Translations under genes and position numbers: made by a program
Notes under the pieces: generated by a model
The model's input: the letters and a program-made list of their open reading frames with translations, nothing else
The model's database searches: none
What the model was told of the DNA's origin: nothing
From: Neoechinorhynchus agilis
Taxonomy: Eukaryota; Animalia; Acanthocephala
DNA: 64,000 bases
NCBI GenBank assembly: GCA_051530055.1
Contig: CM121341.1
Location: 11,448,784 to 11,512,783, forward strand
Reading direction: 5' to 3'
Shown: piece after piece, positions 1 to 11,221 of the stretch
Numbering within the stretch: the first letter of the stretch is position 1
Layout of the letters: each line of letters opens with the position of its first letter

Positions 1-244
1 TTTCGAACTTCTTTTTATATATACATTGCAATATAACTCAAACTTAGTCTTTGTTGAAAAATTTGGGAATTTAAATCCAATGTGATCTGTAAATAAGGAG
101 AATGATTTTCTAACTCGTGTGGTCTAAAATAAAGATGCAAAATCTCACTAATTAAATCTCAAGGTTATTGAAAATTGTAAAGATGTTGTTCATAGTTTGT
201 TTTGGTGAGGGCGAGATTCGGTGCAAAAGATACTTTCTTTTTGC

Positions 245-447
245 AGTTTTGCCGCCCAGGATTTAAATTCACTAATTTATTTCCCCAATATTTCACCTCT
301 CGGATAATTCCGACATTTCCTCAAGGTTTATCGTTGTCTAAATGTTTTATTCTAATGATAAACGTTAGTGAAATGTCGGAATTATCCGAGAGGTGAAATA
401 TCGGGTAATTAAATAAATGAATTTAAATCCGCAGGGGTGGCAAAACT
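245..447. mobile_element. Foldback/MITE-like element, family A (~90-bp inverted arms, ~18-nt spacer)
   Basis: 245-335 is the reverse complement of 354-447 with a few mismatches; a 32-bp perfect core (288-319 vs 370-401, atatttcacctctcggataattccgacatttc). A related half copy lies at ~24963-25012 (agttttgccatcccggatttaa...ccccgatattt). Confidence 0.7.
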
Positions 448-827
448 AAGAAAAAAAGGAATTTAATATTTCGTCCTCTACGTGAAATTTCTTCAAAATT
501 GCTTATGTACGCTATTTATGGCTTTTTATCGATGATTCGCAATTTATGAAAACTAAGGTTCGTCACTAAGAAGTACCGAACGAATTTTTTGAATCACTGG
601 GATATTTTATTGTTTAAGTCGCTTGTTAGCAAAACTCGACAAGCGGGATCTTGTTAAAGACGAACCAATATATTTCGACTGATTGAATCAGAGTCATTTT
701 ATCAATTCAATTGTGTTTGCTGTATATACTCAAGAGAAAAAGTTTTTGCATGGAAGAAAGCAGAATTTATGTCAATGACGTCAACAATGCCTTTTTTTAG
801 ATTTTTGTGGACCTATTGGAAAATTCG

Positions 828-1604
828 ATGCTGCGTAGTACATTTCAGTCCGGTTTCTTATCGATTTTCTACAGTCTCGGATCAGATCCCCTTCAGATTT
901 GGACTCAGCAGGTATTTATCCGTTAATTTGAGAACTAGGTAACCACAAACCCAAAAGGTCCGTGGAGGTAAAATTGAATTTGTTGAGGATTCAGTGATAG
1001 ATAGTAAAGTTCTAGAGCTTACCAGTTCGAGCATAAGGTTTGATTGAATTAGAAATCGATTATTTCTGCCATTTTCGTTCAGTTCAACGTTCATATCGTG
1101 TCCGTCATGCTCTAGCGAAGGTCTTGGAATAAAGCTACCGATTTTTGTGATGATTGTTAAGAATCTTGACAAGTATTTCTCCTTTGAAGTTGAAGTACTT
1201 TTTTTCTATCAAATCTTTGATTTTTTTACAGTCGCTATTGAACAGATAATTGATGATCGATCAGTTGTTCGTCACTTCAGGGCAAACACTTTCCAGGCTG
1301 CTCAAAGAGTGAAGCCGTACATTTGCACAATGCCATTGTTGATGGACGAAGGATGGAATCAAGTTCAAATGGATTTGAACGATTTATGCCGCCGAGCGTA
1401 TAATACCACTTATAAGGAAACCAAGAGTGTTATGGTGAAACTAAAATATTTTAAGGACAATTTCCTATGAAAATCATTTAGGTTCATGCTAATTGCAGAT
1501 TAAGAAGAGCTTTTTTCGCCGAGAGGATATGCGCTGAAGATGAATTTCCAACTGAATTTAGACTTTATTATAAACGTGCTTCGGAAAATAGCGAGAATTT
1601 GTAA
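828..1604 (+). CDS. CFAP20: Cilia- and flagella-associated protein 20 (BUG22 family), 5 exons, divergent
   Basis: Splicing out GT-AG introns 912-957, 1038-1082, 1195-1245 and 1435-1481 gives a continuous ORF: [25 protein letters not shown]...[24 protein letters not shown]...[10 protein letters not shown]...GWNQVQ...RRAY...HANCRLRR...EFRLY. These are the hallmark CFAP20 blocks. Confidence 0.93.
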
Positions 1605-2209
1605 TTTGCAAAATAAAGTCATTGAATGTAGTCTTCTTAGAACGATTCTACAATAACCGTATCATTTCGTCGATATTCAATTTGAAATCAATGGAAAATG
1701 AATTTGTTTTCACTTGTGAAAAAGACAGATACTTGCATTTGGAGGAAAATATTATACTGAAATATGTACGGAGGTAAATAGTACGTCGACGTGCTTGAAC
1801 AAATAAAATCAAGGAACATTAACATCCCACCTTGTATTTAAGTTAATTTTGGGCCAAAATCAATGGAACTGAGATAACTGAAACTACTTTGATGTCGGAC
1901 TTGCAGGAATTGTACGGCGTATGTTAGCAAACGGTAATCGTTAAGCTCAACCATGAAGCAGAACCAATCTATAAAGTACATTTTATTTATAACCTTTTTA
2001 ATGAACTTTTCAAATGGTAATCTACACAAATTTAGGATTGTGCTCGAGAAAAAAGCGTCTAAAACAAGTTTAAATTGAGAACAAACGGCTAGTTTACATC
2101 ACAACCAAATGGATAAATAGTTTTAATATCTAAAGGATGAATAGTCGCAAGATTGGATCTCTAACTAAATATTGGGTACTATTCTCCTCACTACAGTGCT
2201 TATTGATGT

Positions 2210-2602
2210 TCAATAAGGCATTCCAGCTCCTGGTCCGCATGGCATTCCAGCTCCTGGTCCATAGGGCATTCCACCTCCTGGTCCGCATGGCATTCCACCT
2301 CCGAGTCCACATCCACCGCACATGAGCGGCAGTAGAAACAATATGAAAAGAAGGAAGATCCCAGGCCCGAAGAAAACTAAATTAAGATTCAGGTGAGCTT
2401 TTTCGATTTTAAAAACAAACTTACATCTCTTTCCGCGTTCCACTTTCATCGGAACTTTTCCGCTCTTGAGGATCATCTCAAGTGTGCGGCTGTCAATATC
2501 ATCCTCTGAAATCCACTTGGCGTCCTGGTCCTCTCGTCTTGTACATTTAACGGTACAGATCGAGATCACGGCGATGAGCGAGATAAGTAGAAAAGAACGC
2601 AT
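2210..2602 (-). CDS. Small secretory-pathway precursor with Gly/Pro/Met/Cys/Tyr repeats, copy 1
   Basis: ATG, hydrophobic signal-like N-terminus, acidic pro-region, GKR site, hydrophobic segment, then GPG(G/A)GMP(C/Y) repeats. It has a 48-nt in-frame GTAAGT...TTTAG intron. The translation is identical to the copy at 6057-6449. Confidence 0.75.
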   Translation of the reverse strand: MRSFLLISLIAVISICTVKCTRREDQDAKWISEDDIDSRTLEMILKSGKVPMKVERGKRCKFVFKIEKAHLNLNLVFFGPGIFLLFILFLLPLMCGGCGLGGGMPCGPGGGMPYGPGAGMPCGPGAGMPY

Positions 2603-3079
2603 TATTCAAATTTACTCTATATGAGAATTGTGTCGAGCTTTACCCGTTTTGAAAGAGATGCAAATTGATGATGATTTCATAAAATCTATTTACAATCATT
2701 CCAAAGTTGATGTATAATATTGAGTTGTTGAAATATCAATTCGTGATTGTTTTTATATTGCGTTTATATGGTATATATGCATCATTTTAAAGATGATATA
2801 TCCTTGAGCTAGTTGATAATCTAATAGCACTCGAATATTTGAAATTAATCCACTAAAAACTTAATTTTCGTCACCGACCTTTGATATCGTTTTCAGGAAT
2901 TAGGTTAAAAATTGTTCTTCACACAAAGCTCCAGAATTGAGAATTATCCGTTGAATATATTTAAAATTGAATGACATTTTCATAGATTTTTTATTAAATC
3001 AGAGTATGGCTACTGACGATAATAATTCCAAGGAATCGTCGTAAGCAATAAAGAAGTTCACCGGTTAACCTCCTTGGTT

Positions 3080-3626
3080 CTTGTGCCGACCACAAGGATC
3101 GATCACGTCGACTCGAGGCCGTTATCGTCGATTGGTACTAAAATGGATGACCGTTCCCTTAGTCTCACTTCGGCACTATTTTTTGCGCGTTTTGCTCAAT
3201 CCCTTCGACATGCAAGTTCAGTGCCGAGACGGGGACTCCACTGGAAACCACGGGACTCGATTGTCTCAAAACGATACCCAGCCCAACCGTCACAGCTTAT
3301 TGAATACTATACAATGAAAGGCTTTGGAAACGGCAGGCATTCCATCTCTCCTCGAGAAGATCGGTTTTAGAAGAGATGATCGGCAAAAACCGGACGACGC
3401 ATCAACAGCTTTGTGAGAAAGAGGCCGCCTCCTAGAATGGGACTTCACTTGCTCGAATACGATTGCTAAGATCAACTTGTCCCTTGCGAAAAGGGCGGAA
3501 GATTGAAAAAAGGAGAAATACCAATGCCTCAATTCGTTGCTCAACATTTTCCAACCTCTCGCCATTAAGACCATTGATGCCGTCGGACCAAGTATTGCAG
3601 AATATTTAACCACGGTTGGAAAATAG
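3080..3626 (+). mobile_element. Decayed CRE-like non-LTR retrotransposon fragment (restriction-like endonuclease region)
   Basis: Frame-broken translation RPLSSIGTKMDD...RHSLLNTIQ*KALETAGIPSLLE...FRRDDRQKPD...LEWDFTCSNTIA...KKEKY...FQPLAIKT aligns motif by motif with the ORF at 59434-60369 (VPLASVGTLLTD...RALRTANFPNILE...LDGRRPD...LWDATCVNTLA...RKIRKY...FVPFGVET). It carries several stops. Confidence 0.7.
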
Positions 3627-4018
3627 CACAACAACAAAGTACTCTAGCAGCCAACTATTTTTAGTAGAGACTCATCTATGCGATTCATATAGAGAATGCT
3701 GGATGCATCCTCAATGCACTGGAGAATAAAGACGTTCCTCCGTTGTAATCGGAACTTTTATAAAAAGTTTGGGTTCCTATTGATGTAAAGATAAAAGTGC
3801 GAAAATGACCTCAATGATGTCAGTTATTGGCAAAAGATTGATTCAATTGTTTTAAAAAGTTGATTTTAAATCCTTGAAAACGACTGCTTCAATTAAGTAA
3901 AGCACGCGAAGCACTGTCAAAACCAATAATTGAGTCAATTTGATTCTAAAAGGCGTGGTGGCGATATTCTTTAATAAAACTACAACATTGAAAGTTTTTA
4001 AGAAAATCTAAATTCATT

Positions 4019-5587
4019 TCATACTGATTTATCACTCATTCTAAGAGGAGCGAAATTTTGATCCAAAATTGCCTTTATTCTCCCAGATAGATCCTCACTG
4101 ATAAGTGCCAAAATTTGCAGTATTCTTTTTTTTAAGAAAAACTGCACAATACATATATCTTCTGCTAAATTTTTCACAAGGAATTTCCGCTCATCTTCAT
4201 CGAGGACTCTTTCATAAAATGCTCGAACTTGTTGAAAGTTGCAACTTTTAGAGGCAAATCGTCCACAATGCCCTGTTAGGAGTTCATAATCAGGAAGCTT
4301 AGGAAGCAGCTTCATCTTTGAATGTAGCCCGTTGAATGAGTTCGGAATATAATTGGGCATTCCATTTGGATTATCGAAATTTAACTTCCCTCCTCGGCTC
4401 ATACTCCCGACCGGACAGCGATCGCGATTGCAACGCAATTGTCGAAAATTTACTCCTAATCGATGCCTCTGAGCATCAGCGTAGGCAAACAATCGTCCTT
4501 GTAAAATTTTATCCTGCGAAGGTTGAACACCGTCGATTAGGTTATTTGGACTGAAGCAAAGCTGTTCAACGTCTGCGTGATAATCCATAGGCAAACTATT
4601 GAGGACAAGTATCCCGCATTCCATTAGTGGATATTGTTCATGAGGCCAGACAAAAGTGCAATCACATGGATCGAAAGTGGGAACATTTTTTGTTGGGTTA
4701 AGGATCTGAGCATAAAGAGTCCATTTTGGTGGGATTGATTTCGTAATTGCTTTAATCAGTTCTTCGGTATAAAAATCAGGGTGCTGAGAAACCAGCTTGT
4801 TCGCATCTTCATCACTCAGGACTCTCGTCCCATTTTGCGGTTTCCATGTGAATCTGCAAAGTATGGACTGTCCCATTTTATCAACGAGTTTATAGGTGTT
4901 GACCGAGTAGTAGTTGGCACATTGATAACTGTAGTGAATTCCTCGGGAACTGTTAAGCATCAGTGTCAAATGAAGTGATTCTGGACATTGGGTCAAAAAA
5001 TCCCATTTCATCTCTGGATCAGGTAAATTCGTCACTGGATTCGATTCATGCGATCGACAAAGGCTCACAAAGTTAATTGGGTCATTAATGAAGAACACTG
5101 GAAGGCTGGAACATATCATATCCCAGTTTCCATTTTCTGTGAAGAACTTTACTGACATTCCGAGCAAATTCCGAGTAGTGTCGGGTGTACCCGCTGAACC
5201 GAAAAATTTAGAGAACCTCACTGTAACCTCCGTTATATCATCTACTTTTCTCAAAGGAATTGCTGTTGTAAATGTACTGCATTTTTCTGAGGTGCATTGA
5301 AAGTATCCGCGAGCTCCGTAGCCTTTTGCAAAGCAACAACGTGGAGCTAGCAATGATCTGTTAAAATCAGAAAGTTGTTCAATAAGAACTGTGTCCTGAA
5401 GAACGATTGGACCACGGGGTCCCGCTGTTAAGCTGAATTGAATGTTTACCAATGGACATCCTGAGTTTGCTCTTAGTTCTGAAGGTTCGTGATTTATAGC
5501 ATACTGCTGTAATTGATTAAAAAATCGAGGATCATTCTCTTCTCCAATCTGCGCTGTATCCGTACTATCTTTGTCCTTCTTTAGCAT
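4019..5587 (-). CDS. Catalase-fold heme protein, intronless, distal catalytic His and Asn substituted (probable pseudo-catalase)
   Basis: 522-aa ORF with catalase motifs LTAGPRGP, AKGYGARGYF, VRFS, GNWD, EQLCFSP and DKILQGRLFAY. The canonical ERVVHAKG reads PRCCFAKG, and GNWDLVGNN reads GNWDMICSS. Confidence 0.9.
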   Translation of the reverse strand: MLKKDKDSTDTAQIGEENDPRFFNQLQQYAINHEPSELRANSGCPLVNIQFSLTAGPRGPIVLQDTVLIEQLSDFNRSLLAPRCCFAKGYGARGYFQCTSEKCSTFTTAIPLRKVDDITEVTVRFSKFFGSAGTPDTTRNLLGMSVKFFTENGNWDMICSSLPVFFINDPINFVSLCRSHESNPVTNLPDPEMKWDFLTQCPESLHLTLMLNSSRGIHYSYQCANYYSVNTYKLVDKMGQSILCRFTWKPQNGTRVLSDEDANKLVSQHPDFYTEELIKAITKSIPPKWTLYAQILNPTKNVPTFDPCDCTFVWPHEQYPLMECGILVLNSLPMDYHADVEQLCFSPNNLIDGVQPSQDKILQGRLFAYADAQRHRLGVNFRQLRCNRDRCPVGSMSRGGKLNFDNPNGMPNYIPNSFNGLHSKMKLLPKLPDYELLTGHCGRFASKSCNFQQVRAFYERVLDEDERKFLVKNLAEDICIVQFFLKKRILQILALISEDLSGRIKAILDQNFAPLRMSDKSV

Positions 5588-6056
5588 TTAAAATTTTTCG
5601 CAATAAAATTCGACTTTCTAATACGAGTGGTAGTTATAGAAACGCTTCACATCGATATGAAATTCATTAATGAATTTAGCGCTGTAGGTTTAACTGAATT
5701 TTGCCTTTGTAAATTTTACATTGGCAATTTTCAACTGATAATTTTCAAAATCATCTTAGTGACTGAGCGAGCGACACTTTATGCATTAAGCATTCATTTT
5801 GGCTTTAAATATTCGAACAAAACGACCGTGAGCATTTTTTAGGACATGCAATTTGCTAAACAACAGTCTATTCTTGTTGGAAACTCTCGAAAAGTCCTAG
5901 TGGACAAGGCACAAATGTACCTGATAGCAAACTATTAATATTTAGCAACAAAGCGGCGATTGATTGTAAATAGATTTTATGAAATCATCATCAATTTGCA
6001 TCTCCTTCAAAACGGGTAAAGCTCGACACAATTCTCATATAGAGTAAATTTGAATA

Positions 6057-6449
6057 ATGCGTTCTTTTCTACTTATCTCGCTCATCGCCGTGATCTCGAT
6101 CTGTACCGTTAAATGTACAAGACGAGAGGACCAGGACGCCAAGTGGATTTCAGAGGATGATATTGACAGCCGCACACTTGAGATGATCCTCAAGAGCGGA
6201 AAAGTTCCGATGAAAGTGGAACGCGGAAAGAGATGTAAGTTTGTTTTTAAAATCGAAAAAGCTCACCTGAATCTTAATTTAGTTTTCTTCGGGCCTGGGA
6301 TCTTCCTTCTTTTCATATTGTTTCTACTGCCGCTCATGTGCGGTGGATGTGGACTCGGAGGTGGAATGCCATGCGGACCAGGAGGTGGAATGCCCTATGG
6401 ACCAGGAGCTGGAATGCCATGCGGACCAGGAGCTGGAATGCCTTATTGA
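6057..6449 (+). CDS. Small secretory-pathway precursor with Gly/Pro/Met/Cys/Tyr repeats, copy 2
   Basis: Same protein as 2210-2602. Intron 6235-6282 (48 nt, GT-AG, stop-free). Spliced product: MRSFLLISLIAVISICTVKC-TRREDQDAKWISEDDIDSRTLEMILKSGKVPMKVERGKR-FFFGPGIFLLFILFLLPLMCGGCGLGGGMPCGPGGGMPYGPGAGMPCGPGAGMPY. Confidence 0.75.
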   Translation: MRSFLLISLIAVISICTVKCTRREDQDAKWISEDDIDSRTLEMILKSGKVPMKVERGKRCKFVFKIEKAHLNLNLVFFGPGIFLLFILFLLPLMCGGCGLGGGMPCGPGGGMPYGPGAGMPCGPGAGMPY

Positions 6450-9400
6450 ACATCAATAAGCACTGTAGTGAGGGGAATAGTACCCAATATTTAGTTAGAG
6501 ATCCAATCCTGCGACTATTTATAAGTTGTTATCAAATGGACTTTAGATAAATAATAAAACTATTTAGCAGAAAACGTGCATGGATTTTTGGCCAGGGCAG
6601 ATTTATAACTTTTAAAAATCAACCATTAGCCATGTCGTTTACAATTTACTTTTCAAAATTATCGCCTAAATTCAATTGCTTATTTTCGAATTGACTTGTA
6701 AAATTTAGTTTCTAAACTTTACACAATTTCAGTGAAGTGAATCTCGCATAAAATATTTATTGTAATTTAATTTGACCTCTTAATGGCTACTGATTCTGTG
6801 TGTGTGGATTATTGTTGAATTTGCTTGGTAGACTCAAAAAAGCCATAGCCTCGCATAATAAAACTGCTCTTTATTTTTGCGACAAAAAGTATTATTGCAT
6901 AGGGAAAGATTGTTTAAGATTTGTTATTGTCACAGTGCGCCTCAGATCGAAACAACCACACAAAAGTCTTATTAGAATTCAATTTAATCTCAAAGTAAAT
7001 CAAATTCTAAGAGTGTCGCTTCCCATGTTCACTTTTCTCTCAGTTCAAAATATTAGTCGTTCGATTTTATATTTCGAAATTTTTTCTGTGTGATTCGGAC
7101 AATGTTTTTCACCCGAATTTCCTGCATCGAACATTGAAACGGGACTTAAATATAGCGATTAAATTGTTAATACGTTAAATTCCAAAAGGTTTGATAGAGA
7201 GTTCAACATAAAAAAGAGACATTTTAGACATAAGTCTTAATCATTAGAAAAACGGTACGGCATATCACGATATGATGGTGCAAACTACTCAAAAAGATTA
7301 CGCACCGTGGCAAAAAGCACGTTACTGTGATATCCTGCAAGCGAAGAAGTTCGAAATTTAATCCAAGAAAAAACAAGACCAAGTTTTATATTCAAATTAC
7401 ACGATTGTTTGCTGCAGTGATTTTCTTTAGGCTTACAGGTTGGTAGTTTAGCTCATAAGATGAGCTTGTTCAATCTTTGTAGATTTTTCCGGGTGGAAAT
7501 GAGTAATTTCGGGATTTCGATATTGGTATAACAGCATATAAGTTGAATTTTTTTCGAGTAAAATTTATGCATCTGAATGTGTCAAAGAAGATTAAGCCTT
7601 TCTTTTTATCATTTCAATTTTACAAGAAAACAATATCATTCATTGTCGACAATGGCAACAAAAAGACGAAAAAACACAGCTCGATGTTTTTTCTCCTCAC
7701 AGACAAAACTAAGTGCATAATCTACCTGCATTTACAGTGAGAAAACATTGTTCTATATTATATAAATTGCGCTTTTTAAGACATTTAACTTGTTAGTGTA
7801 AGCCATCGTGAAATATGCTTTTATTGATCCATAGCGAGTAGAAATGAAATGTCTATTCAGATGATATTTCTTTAATGGTCTTGAGATTCACACGTCTCAC
7901 AATCACGATTAGAGGACATTAAAATGTCTTTATGGGGGAATTAATGACAAACAGTGACTATTGAGCAAGTTTAAGGCTGTGGAAATTCAGATTTAAAATG
8001 AGACATGAAAACATTAAATATCCATAATGTACAATTTAAGCCTTTGATAATCGCATTCTAATGTGATCGACCGTTTTAAGATTAATTACTTAAATAAAAA
8101 AGATAGAAACTAACAGGCGAAATTACATGCGATCTAACAATTTAAATATTCGTTTAGTGTTTTCCACAGTGGATCCCTTTTATTATGTACGAAAAACCGT
8201 TCAATAAAATGCTCAATATTTCCTTGAACTGCAAATGCTCAGCTTTTAGTTAAAAAGACGAAAAGTATTAAAAGTTTAACAGTTGAAAATTGACCATTTA
8301 TATAAATTAATAGCTGAGAAGGAAAGGAAAATTTTATGGATCTAAACAAGTTGTAGGGTTGTATTTAAGAAAAGTTTAAGGGAACAGTAAGGATTACCCG
8401 TTTAGTTGCATTAATAAAATGTTCTTGCATTTATTAAACCAAAAAGGAAAACTCTTCAATGGTTCTGTAAACTACCAATGTAAGTTAAATTATTATATAG
8501 AATTTATTCATTAAATAGAACGCAAAATTTGGGGATTTTTTAACTGTCTAGAACATAGAAGAAATTTTAGAGTAAGAAATAGTCGAAAGGTTAACGTTAA
8601 AAAGTTATTTAATGATAGCGAAGTTCACATTTAGGAAAAATAATGCTAAATATTCACAATTTTTCTGTTCTATTTTTTAAGTAATAGAAAATGAAAGAGC
8701 GCTAAGGAATTTTAGGATCATTTATATCAGCCTAGGTGATTTTTCGACTTAAAAATCTTAGTTTTAAAGATCCATTCACCGTAGATGTCTCGCTAAGCAT
8801 TTAGAATCGCGCTTAGTAGAAGATGTAAAAAATTTAGACAATGAGAGATTTTTATCGTTGACAGTTATCCGCACCAAAACAATGTAACTCTTGAAGAATA
8901 CTTTTACTAAAAAACAATAAAAATCTCCTTAACGATTTAATGAACTTTCTTATCTATATTATTAGCTTCCTCATTATCTGTGTCTATCATAAAGACTATT
9001 TAAACAAATGATTTCCTTACATATCTTAGCGACAACCTATTCTCAAGCGATTACCAATAAAAAAATCACCCAATAATTTGTTTAGATGCGGCAGAAAGAA
9101 ATCGGTGAACCCGTTCATGGTGAACATGAACCAAAGTAGAATTTACTAATTTAAGTCTCTTCCTCGATTGTTTTGTCTAAAAGTCAATGTCGCGATTTAA
9201 ATCTACGATTTGCAGTTTTAATTTGATGTTCATTTAGACCTAAAAAATGCTATATTTATGGTCGGCGCATTTAATTTGGAAAAGAACGAGGTTTAAAATG
9301 CAAAGCTTTTGAAAAAAGACATCGGATAAAATCAATCTTTTTACGGGTTTTAAAAGAAAAATATTATCTAAAGGTTATTTAACGTGAGTTACTTTCTTAA

Positions 9401-9747
9401 ATACGAATTGATCGTAGAAATCAGTCTACCAAAAGTCCACGAGAATATTGTTTAAAGATGTTTCAATGTCCACTTTAAATTAAGCCTGTTCAAGACGGAT
9501 TCCATTTTTTACGATTCCGATTTTTGAGATCACCAATCGTATTCTGGTATATTTTAAGTACGTTCTTTGAATGCTTACGTCTCACTTTCTCAGCCTATTT
9601 TGCCTTTTGAGACGAAAACGAGCCTTTCAGCATTTCGCCTGTGCTCCTGCCAAAGGAAAAAGTCAACCTTTGACTCATTTTCCCGCCTTCATTTGAATGC
9701 ACACATCGACTGCACTCAATATTAAAAGTCCGTTCGTTTAAGATATT

Positions 9748-10904
9748 ATGGGAGCGTGGATTTTTACGTTATTTGGACGAAAAAGACAAAAACCTCATTC
9801 CGAAGAACTCGCTGAGTTGCATAAGGTTCGTAATGGATTGTATAAAATTCTCCCAAAATTTCCCTTTTTCTCAATCAGGAACTTACTGAAGCTGAGGATT
9901 ACAAGTACATAATTGAGAGGAGTGAGAAACGTATCAGTCGAAATTTTTTATGGTACTCATTGAGCGCATATGTAATAATTGCGGCCATATCGATTCTATT
10001 TTTTCCATCGAATGTTGGTGATCGAGCCTTAACGATATTTGTTCTCGCTGGCACACCAACCATTTTTTGGTTTTTGTGGAAAGTCGTCAAATGGTTCTAT
10101 GTAAGTCGAATAATCTACGCAGGTTAGCTTTCTAGAGTAACAATTTCAAAAAGTAATCGTTTTAAAACAGAGGAAAGGCTTCAGAATTTAAAGAGACGAA
10201 AAAGGAAATTGGTTCGATATTTTAGTTTAAAAGAGTGACTCTTCACTTTTCTCGTACAGCTCGATGAAATTAAATCAACAGAGTCGTACAGGACAGTTCA
10301 GGATATTTTAAAGAAGTATTCAATGGGCGATAGTTCAAATGACGACGATGATGAGGACGATGGGGAAGTCACTGAAGATGTTGAAGTGGAGTGCGTTGTA
10401 CAACGCCGGTCCAGTTTCAATCAGAAAGTCAGCTACACTCCTCCTCCACCTCTCCATTCAACACCCTTGCGTCCGGCTCATTTTCAAATTGCAGAAAATC
10501 AATTGCCAGTGGAATGCAGAAAGGATCAACCTCAACTTGTGAGAGCATTAATATCCCCCAATAGAGGCATCTTAATAAGAATTTTTGAAGTTCTGGCACA
10601 AGCTGGGCCACAGCACAGGTTAGTTGCTTGTTCGGGTTAACCAAACAACACCGTAACTGACTTGTGCATGAGTCAGATATGCGTTGATCTGCACCAACTG
10701 TAGCTGTCACAATGGAATGGCATTTCCGGAGGAAATCGATTCTCTTGGTAAGGTCTTTTATCCACTATAAAAAAAAGAGTATATCCCATGAAAAACATAG
10801 AATATAAATGCGCTTTTTGTGGATTTTTTAATCCATCTAGACGCGCGACCCGAGAAAAGACGGCGGAAATCGTCGGGGGCAAGACTGAGTCACAAGAACA
10901 ATGA
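9748..10904 (+). CDS. LNPK: Lunapark ER-junction protein, 6 exons
   Basis: Five GT-AG introns of 48-58 nt (9826-9878, 10123-10170, 10212-10259, 10619-10676, 10748-10800) give MG- (myristoylation-type start), two TM helices, a coiled coil and the zinc finger GPQHRYALICTNCSCHNGMAFPEE...YKCAFCGFFNPSR. Confidence 0.92.
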
Positions 10905-11221
10905 GTTGTCTCAAACGTCTAAAGGATGTACGCAATCAAAATAAAGTGAATGGTGAGACTCTGGATCATTGAATGATGTGCTTTTGTTCCGCTGACTAGG
11001 CTCAGAGCAACGCAGTTTGAGTCGCTCTGAACCGGTGGGTGCCATTTTGCGCAATTTCGTGACTATGGAGTTTCCTTGTTAGATGACATGTCAACTCTCT
11101 TACCTAACACTTCATTTATTTTACCTATCCTTGGAACCTAGAGTTTAACTAGACCAACAAATCGATTTCATCACTTAAAGCGATCAAAAAAATTCATTAG
11201 AAGGCAGTGGGTCATCGAGTA

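Larger units (their letters stand above)
2113..6566. repeat. Inverted repeat: arms ~2113/2137-2698 and 5961-6522/6566, spacer ~3.3 kb
   Basis: Reading the arms against each other shows near identity across upstream DNA, CDS, intron and 3' flank, with only a few mismatches seen outside the CDS. The outer ~40 bp align with a small indel. Confidence 0.92.

Noticed and set aside
202-396. 64-aa ORF
   Set aside because: Non-ATG start and lies across the foldback element; no coding signal.
1850-2080. Possible Gypsy pol remnant (SDLQELYG..VIVKLNHEAEPIYK)
   Set aside because: One short, weak resemblance with stops; not enough to call.
2130-2325. ORFs with RRWNA/AFQLL repeats (also 6338-6550)
   Set aside because: Alternative-frame and antisense shadows of the 24-nt repeats in the peptide gene.
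3074-3637. Three overlapping ORFs of 78-115 aa as a host gene
   Set aside because: Explained as frames of the decayed CRE fragment.
9390-9700. Possible spliced minus-strand gene divergent from lunapark
   Set aside because: Intron-like GTAAGC...CAG present, but every frame I tried hits stops.
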